Translations under genes and position numbers: made by a program
Notes under the pieces: generated by a model
The model's input: only the letters and a program-made list of their open reading frames with translations
Told to the model about the DNA's origin: nothing
The model's database searches: none
DNA from: Aulosira sp. ZfuVER01
GTDB taxonomy: Bacteria > Cyanobacteriota > Cyanobacteriia > Cyanobacteriales > Nostocaceae
Assembly (NCBI GenBank): GCA_034530615.2
Contig: JAVRCV020000031.1
Location: forward strand, 128,001 to 192,000
Length of the DNA stretch: 64,000 nt
Reading direction: 5' to 3'
In this document: one piece after another, positions 41,264-51,033 of the stretch
Layout of the letters: every line of letters begins with the position of its first letter
How positions within the stretch are numbered: position 1 is the first letter of the stretch

Positions 41264-42232
41264 ATGACTAACTGTTTAGACTTTACTGTAGCTATACCTA
41301 CTTATAACGGTGCAAGTCGTTTACCAGAATTACTAGAACGTCTAAAAAACCAACTTTACACTGAAAATATTTCTTGGGAAATTATTGTTGTAGATAATAA
41401 CAGTACCGACCATACAGCGAAAGTCGTTCAAAGCTATCAAGAAAATTGGCAATACCCTTATCCCTTAAAGTACTGCTTTGAAGAGAAGCAGGGAGCAGCT
41501 TATGCTCGTAAAAGAGCAGTTTTAGAAGCTAAAGGTCGGTTGATAGGTTTTCTTGATGACGATAACTACCCAGTATCAAATTGGGTAGCAGCAGCTTATG
41601 CCTTTGGCCAACAAAACCCCCAAGCAGGAGCTTATGGTAGCCAAATTCATCCAGAATGGGAAGTAGAACCTCCAATAAATTTTTGCCGAATTGCACCATT
41701 TTTGGCAATTACAGAGAGAGGTAATGCACCACTATTATATGAAAAACATAAAAAATTACTACCTCCTTCTGCTGGGCTTGTTGTTCGTAAAGAAGTTTGG
41801 TTGGAAAATGTACCTAGTCAGCTTATTTTAACTGGCAGAGTCACTGGAAATATGCTTACCAGTGAAGACTTAGAGATGTTATCCTACATTCAAAAAGCAG
41901 GGTGGGAAATTTGGTATAACCCAAACATGGAAATCTACCATAGAATACCAAGTTTGCGCTTACAAAAAGACTATTTAATTCCATTTTTTCAGGGTATTGG
42001 ACTAAGTCGCTATGTTACTAGAATGGTAATTATTAAACCCTGTTATAGACCAATAGCATTTTTAGGATATCTGCTCAATGATTTACATAAAATTGCTTTA
42101 CATTTACTCAAATATCGTACAAAACTAAAGATTGATTTGGTTGCTGCCTGCGAGTTACAACTATTTTTAAGTAGTTTAATTAGTCCTTTTTATCTTTGGA
42201 AAAATGGCTATTTAACTGTTAATCATAAATAA
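41264..42232 (+). CDS. hpsE: GT2 glycosyltransferase HpsE
   Basis: VAIPTYNG, VVDNNS, FLDDD, EDLEML. ATG at 41264. Confidence 0.85.
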   Translation: MTNCLDFTVAIPTYNGASRLPELLERLKNQLYTENISWEIIVVDNNSTDHTAKVVQSYQENWQYPYPLKYCFEEKQGAAYARKRAVLEAKGRLIGFLDDDNYPVSNWVAAAYAFGQQNPQAGAYGSQIHPEWEVEPPINFCRIAPFLAITERGNAPLLYEKHKKLLPPSAGLVVRKEVWLENVPSQLILTGRVTGNMLTSEDLEMLSYIQKAGWEIWYNPNMEIYHRIPSLRLQKDYLIPFFQGIGLSRYVTRMVIIKPCYRPIAFLGYLLNDLHKIALHLLKYRTKLKIDLVAACELQLFLSSLISPFYLWKNGYLTVNHK

Positions 42233-42246
42233 TTGCAATACCTTAT

Positions 42247-43230
42247 ATGACTGAAATTGTAACTCAATCATTAGACATTACTGTAGCAATTCCTACATAT
42301 AATGGTGCAGAACGGTTGCCTAAACTTTTAGATCAGCTTTTGGCACAGACTGGAGTAGAGCATTTAAATTGGGAAATAATTGTTGTTGATAATAATAGTT
42401 GCGATCGCACGGAGTTTGTAGTCAATCATTACCAGACTATCTGTAATAACATTTGCCCTTTAAGGTACTTTTTGGAAACCAAACAGGGTGCTGCTTTTGC
42501 AAGAATTAGGGCGGTGTACGAAGCTAGAGGTCAGCTAGTTGCATTTTTAGATGATGATAACCTACCTGCACCTGATTGGCTAATAGCAGCGTATAATTTT
42601 GGATCTAAATATCCTCAAGCTGGTGCTTGGAGTGGACAAATTCATGCTAATTATGAGGTAAGCCCACCTCATAATTTTGAACGAATTCAAGCTTTTCTCG
42701 CTATCAGAGAACAAGGCGACCAACCGTATTTATTTGATGCAGATAATTTAAGACTCCCCCCCGGCGCGGCGCTAGTGGTTCGGAAACAAGTATGGTATGA
42801 GAATGTTCCTAAAATACCTACCCTAAGTGGCAAATTACCCGGTGTATTTGTCCAAGGTGATGACTACGAACCACTGCTATATATCCACAATGCTGGTTGG
42901 GAAATTTGGTATAACCCTGCAATGCATACTTATCATCAAATACCACATTGGCGCCTAGAAAAAAATTACTTACTAAGTCTCGCGCGTGGTTGTGGTTTAT
43001 GTATTTTCCACTTACGTTTAATTAAAGCTAAAAACTGGCAAAAGCCTATAATTTTTATCAAGACTTTTTTTGGCTCTTTTTACCGCATATTTAAGCATTA
43101 TTTTAAATATAAAAGCACATTAAAAACTGATATAATTGCACTTTTTGAACTTGAATTTTATTTAGGTACTATGATTAGCCCTTTCTACTATTTAAAATGC
43201 TTTTTTATCAACTCTTATAAAAGCTCTTAA
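42247..43230 (+). CDS. hpsF: GT2 glycosyltransferase, HpsE paralog (HpsF position)
   Basis: VAIPTYNG, FLDDD, GDDYE; clearly paralogous to hpsE. Confidence 0.78.
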   Translation: MTEIVTQSLDITVAIPTYNGAERLPKLLDQLLAQTGVEHLNWEIIVVDNNSCDRTEFVVNHYQTICNNICPLRYFLETKQGAAFARIRAVYEARGQLVAFLDDDNLPAPDWLIAAYNFGSKYPQAGAWSGQIHANYEVSPPHNFERIQAFLAIREQGDQPYLFDADNLRLPPGAALVVRKQVWYENVPKIPTLSGKLPGVFVQGDDYEPLLYIHNAGWEIWYNPAMHTYHQIPHWRLEKNYLLSLARGCGLCIFHLRLIKAKNWQKPIIFIKTFFGSFYRIFKHYFKYKSTLKTDIIALFELEFYLGTMISPFYYLKCFFINSYKSS

Positions 43231-43232
43231 TT

Positions 43233-44228
43233 ATGAATAATAATATTCCAACTGTTTCTGTTGTCATACCAGCTTATAATTGCCAAAAAACTATTAAAAA
43301 AACTATTGAATCTGTTTTAGAACAAACTTTTGTTGATTTTGAATTAATTGTAATTAATGATGGTTCACAAGATGATACTTTAGAAATTGTTTCAAATATT
43401 AATGACTCACGCTTAAAAATATTTTCTTTCGAGAATGCAGGTGCAAATATTAGCCGTAACCGTGGATTAAACTATGCAGTTGGTGAATTTGTAAGTTTCT
43501 TAGACGCTGATGATCTCTGGATACCAGAGAAAATAGAATCGCAATTGCAAGTATTATCTGCCAATCCTCAAGCATCTGTAGCTTATAGTTGGACGGATTG
43601 TATTGATGAAAAAGGCCAATTTTTACGTCGAGGAACATATATTTCGGCAACAGGTAATGTTTATGCGCAACTCTTAGTAATTAATTTTTTAGAAAGTGGT
43701 TCTAATCCTTTGATTAGAAAAGAAGCTTTGATAGCAATCGGTGGTTTTGATGAATCTCTACCTGCTGGTCAAGATTGGGATATTTATTTACGTTTAGCTG
43801 CTAATTATCATTTTGTACCTGTACCATCTCCGCAAATTCTGTACCGGATTTCAAGCAATTCACTATCTACTAATGTTGTTAGGCAGGAAGCCGCTTGCTT
43901 GACAGTAATTGAGCGAGCTTATAATCAAGCTCCCAAACATTTACAGTATTTAAAAAACTATAGTTTGGCTAATATTTATAAGTATTTACTTCATAAAGCT
44001 CTAGAAGGCTCACCAGCTAGACATAAAGCTATTTTAGCAGCTAAGTTACTTTGGCAAACTATCAGATATGATTGTTCAATTTTAATAAAACCAGCATATT
44101 TTAAAGCATTGTTTAAAATTTTAATACTATTTTTATTTACTCCAATACAAGCCAAGCTACTACTTGATAAATTACCTAAAATTTCTAACGTTAGTACTAT
44201 ATTAGGCTATTTACAAATAGAAGTATAA
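43233..44228 (+). CDS. GT2 glycosyltransferase (HpsG-like)
   Basis: VVIPAYN, INDGS, FLDADD, QDWD. Confidence 0.9.
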   Translation: MNNNIPTVSVVIPAYNCQKTIKKTIESVLEQTFVDFELIVINDGSQDDTLEIVSNINDSRLKIFSFENAGANISRNRGLNYAVGEFVSFLDADDLWIPEKIESQLQVLSANPQASVAYSWTDCIDEKGQFLRRGTYISATGNVYAQLLVINFLESGSNPLIRKEALIAIGGFDESLPAGQDWDIYLRLAANYHFVPVPSPQILYRISSNSLSTNVVRQEAACLTVIERAYNQAPKHLQYLKNYSLANIYKYLLHKALEGSPARHKAILAAKLLWQTIRYDCSILIKPAYFKALFKILILFLFTPIQAKLLLDKLPKISNVSTILGYLQIEV

Positions 44229-44236
44229 GTTTATCT

Positions 44237-45190
44237 ATGCCCCTTATAAGCGTAATTATCCCTGTTTTTAATGGTGAACAAACCATTTTATCAACGATAA
44301 AATCTGTTTTGTCTCAAACCTTTTCTGATATTGAAGTAATCGTCATTAATGATGGATCAAAAGACGCAACATTAGACTTGATTGAAAGTATTTCTGACTT
44401 GCGGTTAAGGATATTTTCTTATTCAAATGCTGGACAAGCTGTCAGTCGCAATCGTGGGCTAGCTCTGGCATCAGGTGAATATATTGCTTTTATTGATGCT
44501 GACGATCTCTGGACTGCTGATAAGCTCGAATCTCAATTAAAAGCACTACAGGATAATCCTCAATCATCTGTAGCTTATAGTTGGACTAATTATATTGATG
44601 AGCAAGATAATTTCTTAGTTTCTGGTACACACATTATTGAAAATGGTAATGTTTACGAAAAGCTATTAATCAGTAATTTTATAGAAAATGGTTCCAATCC
44701 TTTAATTCGCAGAAAAGCTTTAGTTGAAGTAGGTGGATTTGAGCCTTCAATGACTCCGGCTGAGGATTGGGATCTTTGGCTAAGGCTAGCAGCACGTTAT
44801 TCTTTTGTAGGAGTACAATCACCACAAATTTTATATCGAGTATCTGCTACTTCCGCATCAGCTAATCTTTTTAAGATGGAGGCTGCTTGCTTACAAGTAA
44901 TTAATTGTGCTTGTGCTCAAATATCGGAATCTGTCAATATCCTCAAAGCTCAGAGTTTGGCTAATTTGTACAAATATTTAACTTGTAAAGCTTTACAGGA
45001 GCCGCTTAATCGTCATAAGGGTTTAGCAGCAGCTAAATTTCTGGCGAAATTTTTCGTAAACGATTTTTATCGTCTGCAACGGCTAAATTTCACTTTTAAA
45101 TTACTATTTAAAGTTTGTGTAATTCTTATTTTGCCCCCTAATATGTCTACCGCATTATTATCCAGCATCAAGATAGCACCTAAAAAGTGA
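44237..45190 (+). CDS. GT2 glycosyltransferase (HpsG-like paralog)
   Basis: VIIPVFN, INDGS, FIDADD, EDWD; similar to 43233-44228. Confidence 0.9.
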   Translation: MPLISVIIPVFNGEQTILSTIKSVLSQTFSDIEVIVINDGSKDATLDLIESISDLRLRIFSYSNAGQAVSRNRGLALASGEYIAFIDADDLWTADKLESQLKALQDNPQSSVAYSWTNYIDEQDNFLVSGTHIIENGNVYEKLLISNFIENGSNPLIRRKALVEVGGFEPSMTPAEDWDLWLRLAARYSFVGVQSPQILYRVSATSASANLFKMEAACLQVINCACAQISESVNILKAQSLANLYKYLTCKALQEPLNRHKGLAAAKFLAKFFVNDFYRLQRLNFTFKLLFKVCVILILPPNMSTALLSSIKIAPKK

Positions 45191-45221
45191 AATCTCTGAA
45201 TATTGATGTAAATACAGCATC

Positions 45222-45797
45222 ATGAAACAACAATATTTTCAAATGCATTTATTATATTTATTTAAAATAAAAACTATATTTAAGAATTCTCCGAGCAGTG
45301 GCTTCACTTTGTTGGAACTATTAGCAGTAATTTTAGTAATCGGCATATTGAGTGCGGTAGCTATTCCTAGCTGGCTAACTTTTGTAAATATTACTCGTCT
45401 GAATACTGCTCAAGACGAAGTTTACCGCGCTATGCGTCAAGCCCAAAGCCAAGCCAAAAAAGAAAAATTGACTTGGCAAACCAGTTTTCGAGAAAGTAAT
45501 GGTGTTGTTCAATGGGCGATTCACCCTACAAGTATTAATCCTGCTAATGCTAGCTGGAATAATTTAGATGCTAATGTTCGCTTAGATGAAGAAACAACCT
45601 TGCAACAATCAAATGGGATTAGGCGAATCCAATTTGATTACATGGGTAATGTTGATAGACCTCCACTAGGAAGGATTACTCTATCTAGTAAAAATGGCGG
45701 TAAAGCTAAACGCTGTGTTTTTGTATCGACAATTTTAGGCGCAATGCGAACTAGTAAAGAGCAAACTACAGCCGAGGATGGTAAGTATTGCTATTAA
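45222..45797 (+). CDS. hpsH: Prepilin-type minor pilin (HpsH position)
   Basis: G|FTLLE, AIPSWLTF, KRCVFVSTILG. Confidence 0.75.
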   Translation: MKQQYFQMHLLYLFKIKTIFKNSPSSGFTLLELLAVILVIGILSAVAIPSWLTFVNITRLNTAQDEVYRAMRQAQSQAKKEKLTWQTSFRESNGVVQWAIHPTSINPANASWNNLDANVRLDEETTLQQSNGIRRIQFDYMGNVDRPPLGRITLSSKNGGKAKRCVFVSTILGAMRTSKEQTTAEDGKYCY

Positions 45798-45829
45798 AAT
45801 GATTTTTAATCATTACAAAAAGGTATTGT

Positions 45830-46489
45830 GTGCTGAAATCATTAGACAGCCTCAAACAGCACCTAATCATTTTTACTCGCTATCCAGAACCAGGGAAGAC
45901 AAAAACCCGACTGATACCTGCTTTAGGCGATTTTGGTGCTGCTAATCTGCAAAAGCAGATGACCGAATATACAATATTTCAGGTTAAGGAATTACAAAAA
46001 ATCACTGGCATATCTTTTGAAGTGCGGTTTGCAGGTGGAAGTTTACAACTCATGCAAGATTGGCTAGGGTTGGCTTTGGTTTACAATTCCCAAGACGAAG
46101 GGGATTTAGGTGAGCGAATGAAGCGATCGCTTTTTGATGCCTTTCAATCTGGTATGGAACAAGTCATAATTATCGGTACAGATTGTCCAGGAGTCAATTC
46201 TCAGCTTTTAGGCAGTGCTTTTGAGCAACTACGCACTTGTGATATTGTCCTAGGCCCAGCACTCGACGGTGGTTATTACTTAATTGGGTTGCGTTCCCTG
46301 ATTCCGGAGTTATTCGCTAACATCGACTGGGGAACTAATCAAGTACTACAACAAACTGTAGACATCGCTCAAAAACTTGATTTATCGCATATTTACTTGC
46401 CTTTTTTGAGTGATGTTGACTATCCAGAAGATTTATCCATTTGGGAACAAACTGTGAACAGTGAAGTTGGCAAGTGGCGAAATGATTAA
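45830..46489 (+). CDS. TIGR04282/DUF2064 family glycosyltransferase-like protein
   Basis: IFTRYPEPGKTKTRL, GDLGERM, IIGTDCP, GPALDGGYYLIG, DVD...DL. Confidence 0.88.
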   Translation: MLKSLDSLKQHLIIFTRYPEPGKTKTRLIPALGDFGAANLQKQMTEYTIFQVKELQKITGISFEVRFAGGSLQLMQDWLGLALVYNSQDEGDLGERMKRSLFDAFQSGMEQVIIIGTDCPGVNSQLLGSAFEQLRTCDIVLGPALDGGYYLIGLRSLIPELFANIDWGTNQVLQQTVDIAQKLDLSHIYLPFLSDVDYPEDLSIWEQTVNSEVGKWRND

Positions 46490-46820
46490 TATTAAGGTTG
46501 GATTAGGGAGAAATTCCAGACAACTTTCCTTGAATAGCCAGTATTTAAGAATACTCAGTAATTTCGGAAGACACTTATGATAACAGATGCTACTGTGGTG
46601 TAGTTTCATTCCAAAAGGCAGAATACTTCTGGCTACTGAGAATTGATAACAGTAGACGTTTTGATTTCATCCCCGAATGGCATAGGCAATTGAACGCCGC
46701 TATTCTGTAATTTTTTTGCATCTGCCTTTTGTTGCCATATAACAAGTAGGGTTATGGGAACAATATTCAAGTAACTTTATATAGGACAATCACTCCGACT
46801 TATCAAAATACCGAACAACT

Positions 46821-47693
46821 ATGGTCAACCGTTTTACTTCTGTGAATGCTGCCCTCACTTTAAAAGTAGTGGGCATAGTCTTAATTTTGTCCTTTTTGCT
46901 AGACTTTTTGCTGTTGTTGTTACCCTTTCAACCAACTGATCGAGCATGGCAAATCAATCTGGCTACAAGTCTTGTGGATCGCGGAATTGTGCCTTTGGTA
47001 GGTGTAGGGATGCTGTACGCTGCCTATGGGATTGAGAGTGCTAGTGAGAGCGATGTCTCAGGACAAGACGCTTCGCGTCTACGCGCCCCCACTCTAGATG
47101 TAAGATTTCCAGTACTAGTACTATCAAGCATTTTAGGGCTGTTGTTCTTGCTAATTTTTCCACTGCATCTTAATAATGTGAATCAAGCTAAGAATCAAGC
47201 AGTTAATCAGATTACACAAGAAGCAGATCAAGCAGAAACTCAGCTCAACACTCGCTTTTCTCAATTACAAGCACAACTCAATACTGAGCAAGGAAAAGCT
47301 CAGTTAGATCAGCTGCGAAACCAAACCAAAGTCCAGTTGACTGAGATACTCAAAGACGAGCAGAAATATAAGCAAGCACTTGAAAGTCCTCAAGTTCCCC
47401 CAGCGGTAAAAGATGTACTCAAGAAAGCTAAAGCAGATCCGAAAGTACTGGACAAAGCGATTGAACAACAAACAGATATTCAGGCGCTACGCAATCAACA
47501 ATTGAGCCAAGTCCGTCAGCGTAGGGAAGATGCTGAAAAACAAGCCAAAGACAACGCTTGGAAATCTGGACTGCGAACTGGTATTAGCAGTTTGCTGTTA
47601 TCAATTGGTTACATAATTATCGGCTGGACAGGATTAAAAGGTATGGGTACTTTGCAAGGTGGTGGACGCCGCAAAACTCCTGCACCACGCTAG
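46821..47693 (+). CDS. hpsJ: HpsJ-like membrane protein
   Basis: LKVVG, WQ...LVDRG.VPLVG, PLHLNN, coiled coil, C-terminal TM. Confidence 0.82.
   Translation: MVNRFTSVNAALTLKVVGIVLILSFLLDFLLLLLPFQPTDRAWQINLATSLVDRGIVPLVGVGMLYAAYGIESASESDVSGQDASRLRAPTLDVRFPVLVLSSILGLLFLLIFPLHLNNVNQAKNQAVNQITQEADQAETQLNTRFSQLQAQLNTEQGKAQLDQLRNQTKVQLTEILKDEQKYKQALESPQVPPAVKDVLKKAKADPKVLDKAIEQQTDIQALRNQQLSQVRQRREDAEKQAKDNAWKSGLRTGISSLLLSIGYIIIGWTGLKGMGTLQGGGRRKTPAPR
47050..47084. mobile_element. 27-nt SDR-type small mobile repeat inserted in a HIP1 site within hpsJ
   Basis: GCGAT|gtctcaggacaagacgcttcgcgtcta|CGC; excision restores GCGATCGC and keeps the frame. Confidence 0.8.
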
Positions 47694-47934
47694 AAAATCC
47701 TTCAACAGCAGTAAGACAAACAAAATATTTATTGTTGACTCTCCGTGTGAATTCTACGGATACGCTGGCGATCGCCAGTCCCCATCATTATGATAACCGC
47801 CAAGATGGGGGCTGGAATTACAGTTAATACTGCTACTTGAAAATTTTGAATTTTATATTGGTTAAATCAAGCTACCAAGAATGAGCCGATGTGTAGCTTG
47901 AAAAAATTAAAAGATTTTTACTTAGAGTTTTATA

Positions 47935-48810
47935 ATGTTCTCAATTTATATACTGACATATAACGAAGAATTAGATATTGCAGCTTGCATAGAGTCAGCG
48001 ATGTTATCGGATGACATTATTGTTGTCGATTCATGCAGCAGCGATCGCACTGTAGAAATTGCCAATCGCTATCCTATCCGCGTCGTTCAACACCCTTTTG
48101 AAAGTCACGGACGCCAACGTACTTGGATGCTAGAGTCTATTCAGCCAAAGCACGAATGGGTCTATATTCTAGAAGCCGATGAGCGCATGACACCAGAACT
48201 TTTCGCAGAATGCGAACAAGCAACTCAGCATCCAGAATACATCGGCTACTATGTTGCTGAACGTGTTATGTTCATGAATCGTTGGATTCGCTACAGTACT
48301 CAATATCCGCGTTACCAGATGCGCCTTTTCCGTCATGGTAAAGTCTGGTTTGCAGATTATGGTCATACAGAGCGAGAAGTTTGTCACGGTGCAACCAGCT
48401 TTTTAAAAGAAACCTACCCTCATTACACTTGTAGCAAAGGCTTGAGTCGTTGGATTGAAAAGCACAACCGCTACTCTACAGATGAAGCCGCAGAAACATT
48501 GCATCAAATTGAACAAGGAAGTGTTAACTGGCAAGATTTATTTTTTGGTAAGTCAGAAGTGGAAAGACGCCGCGCCTTGAAAGACCTATCTTTGCGTTTA
48601 CCTGCCAGACCGATTGTACGCTTCTTTTATATGTATTTTTTATTGGGTGGCTTTTTAGATGGACGTGCTGGAATGGCTTGGTGTACATTACAAGCATTCT
48701 ATGAATATTTAATTTTGCTCAAAGTTTGGGAAATGAAGTACGCACCGGTAAGCAGTTTAGATACACAAACATCTGTTCCAGAAAAGACTACACAGGCTGA
48801 TGTCGCCTGA
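47935..48810 (+). CDS. hpsK: GT2 glycosyltransferase (HpsK position)
   Basis: ILTYNEE, VVDSCSSDRT, ILEADE, RLFR, KHNRYS. Confidence 0.8.
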   Translation: MFSIYILTYNEELDIAACIESAMLSDDIIVVDSCSSDRTVEIANRYPIRVVQHPFESHGRQRTWMLESIQPKHEWVYILEADERMTPELFAECEQATQHPEYIGYYVAERVMFMNRWIRYSTQYPRYQMRLFRHGKVWFADYGHTEREVCHGATSFLKETYPHYTCSKGLSRWIEKHNRYSTDEAAETLHQIEQGSVNWQDLFFGKSEVERRRALKDLSLRLPARPIVRFFYMYFLLGGFLDGRAGMAWCTLQAFYEYLILLKVWEMKYAPVSSLDTQTSVPEKTTQADVA

Positions 48811-48989
48811 GTTCATCCTGAGATTATCGATATCTTGAGATTTTCAAACTCAACAATATAGCTGAGGATGTTCTTCGTAGTTATGTTAAGTTTATATTTT
48901 TATATAATTTTATTAGCAAAATCTCTCTTGCTTAGTTGAGAGATTTTGAAAGGAAAAACGGCTCTTTATACCGTATGATAATACTTCCA

Positions 48990-49207
48990 TCACGATGAGC
49001 CGCTTTTGATTACGCGCGGTAAGATTAGTAATAACGAGAAGACTTGCAACAATTATTTACAAGTCTGATAAAGAAAAGTAACATCATCTGAGACGAACCA
49101 GCCGTGATTGCCACAACTGGTTATACCAAATCTATGTGAGGTTGCGTTTTATTCACCCAGAGGTTCAAGCATCTGGCTCATAAATCTAGATGTGGAGCGG
49201 CTTTTTG
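48990..49207 (+). ncRNA. Candidate structured RNA or 5' leader
   Basis: Closing stem agccgcttt/ggagcggct plus T-run, with several internal hairpins; -10-like tatgat/gataat upstream. Confidence 0.3.
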
Positions 49208-49374
49208 TAGGGTTGCTTAGGTCGTCAGGATAAGTAAGCGCAAGTTGATCGAGAATTGGTATTTACCATAATGCAGAAAAGCTCCGGATTTTTGTAACTG
49301 TAGCTAAACTGCTAGCGAAACTTGCGATAATTTGTGCTTTAAGTAGTGACTCTTGGGTTAACGAAGATGTTGGT

Positions 49375-50139
49375 ATGAATACTGATAACAAAAGTTCCAC
49401 TAGCCTAAAAAAGGAGAATAGGGACTTGGCAATGAATCGCTTAAAACAAGATTTAAAGAATGACCTGATTGCCGGTTTGTTGGTAGTAATTCCACTAGCA
49501 ACTACAATCTGGCTAACTATTACTATTGCTACTTGGGTAATCAACTTTCTTACCAAAGTTCCCAAACAACTAAATCCCTTTGAAGGACTGCATCCTATAT
49601 TAGTAAATATACTAGATCTTGCGGTTGGATTCGCTGTACCACTGCTAAGTATTCTGTTGATTGGTTTGATGGCGCGAAATATTGCAGGGCGTTGGTTGCT
49701 AGATTTTGGCGAGCGGCTATTGCAGGCAATTCCTTTAGCTGGTCAGGTATACAAAACCCTGAAACAGCTTTTAGAAACACTTCTCAAAGATTCTCCTGGT
49801 AAATTTCGGCGTGTAATTTTGTTAGAGTATCCCAGGCGAGGAGTCTGGGCGATCGCTTTTGTCACAGGCATAATCAGCAGTGATATTCAAGCCCAAATGT
49901 CTCGTCCGATGTTGAGCGTTTTTATCCCAACAACGCCAAATCCCACTACCGGATGGTATGCAATAGTTCCTGAAGATGAGGTGGTGAACCTATCAATGTC
50001 GATAGAAGACGCTTTTAAAATAGTAGTCTCTGGTGGTATTGTCTCTCCCAATACACTCTTACCAACCCTAGAAACCAAGTCCGAGATCGTTCCCCTGGTA
50101 GAAAATTCCAATCTCTCGGACAAAGTTACAAGCAAATAG
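49375..50139 (+). CDS. DUF502 membrane protein (start 49375 or 49432)
   Basis: LIAGLLVVIPL, IPLAGQVY, EYPRRG, FIPTTPNPTTG. Confidence 0.92.
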   Translation: MNTDNKSSTSLKKENRDLAMNRLKQDLKNDLIAGLLVVIPLATTIWLTITIATWVINFLTKVPKQLNPFEGLHPILVNILDLAVGFAVPLLSILLIGLMARNIAGRWLLDFGERLLQAIPLAGQVYKTLKQLLETLLKDSPGKFRRVILLEYPRRGVWAIAFVTGIISSDIQAQMSRPMLSVFIPTTPNPTTGWYAIVPEDEVVNLSMSIEDAFKIVVSGGIVSPNTLLPTLETKSEIVPLVENSNLSDKVTSK

Positions 50140-50234
50140 ATAATATGGTTGTCTGACCATGCGGAAATCTACTGACTTCATAACTCTATTCTTTCTACTG
50201 TTATCAGTTTTTAATTCATTCCAACTTTACTTTT

Positions 50235-50864
50235 ATGCAAGACCGTAAACCCCAGCAACTTGCTCGTGAACTAGCGCTGTTAAGCCTCAGCCAGTTGCCT
50301 GTCAACCCAAAGAAACTGACAGAAGAACATCTACCTAAATTAGTACTAGCAGCAGTACGCACCCTGCGATCGGAAGTCCAAGATACGTTGGATAATGCGG
50401 CGGGTGAACTGCAACGCAGTAACGATCGCATCTTAAGCAGTCAAACTCGTGCTTCTGACATAAATACTGCTAGAACAATGCTGCAAGAGGCGATCGCATC
50501 CACCCAAACAGCAATCAATCAACTAGGTGCAGCAGTAGAATTCCCGGAATTGATTCAGCTGGCAAATCAGGACAAGACAGTCAGCAGATATGCTATCCAC
50601 ATTGTTAAGACAGTCAACGAAGAAAGAAATGCGATCGACGAACAAATTACCGCTGCTCTCGTAGATTGGCAAGTTGCTCGCCTCGCCCAAATCGATCGGG
50701 ATATTCTGCGAATAGCTGTGGCAGAAATGCTGTTTCTAGACTTGCCTGATAGTGTAGCCATCAACGAAGCTGTAGAACTAGCCAAACGCTACAGTGGGGA
50801 TGAAGGTCATCGGTTTATTAACGGCGTTCTGCGCCGAGTCACTGAGCGAAAAAAGACTGCATAG
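50235..50864 (+). CDS. nusB: Transcription antitermination factor NusB
   Basis: [34 protein letters not shown]. Confidence 0.96.
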   Translation: MQDRKPQQLARELALLSLSQLPVNPKKLTEEHLPKLVLAAVRTLRSEVQDTLDNAAGELQRSNDRILSSQTRASDINTARTMLQEAIASTQTAINQLGAAVEFPELIQLANQDKTVSRYAIHIVKTVNEERNAIDEQITAALVDWQVARLAQIDRDILRIAVAEMLFLDLPDSVAINEAVELAKRYSGDEGHRFINGVLRRVTERKKTA

Positions 50865-51033
50865 CGTTTTACTGAAACGAAAGCGACTGCTATGAGTGCT
50901 AAGTTGTGAGTTAAGAGTGAGAATCAGGAGTGAGGAAATCCTGGCGGTTTTCACACCAAAAACAGGTCAGGAGTTAAATTAAACTCATAACTTATAACTC
51001 ATACTTACATAACAACTAATATCAATAGCTGCA

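Noticed and set aside
45830..46489. Arsenosugar biosynthesis system
   Set aside because: The family name alone suggests it, but no arsS radical SAM, arsM or partner GT is nearby; the context is hps.
49293..49308. NtcA-like site GTA-ACTGTAGC-TAA
   Set aside because: Mismatch in the TAC half-site; too weak to call.
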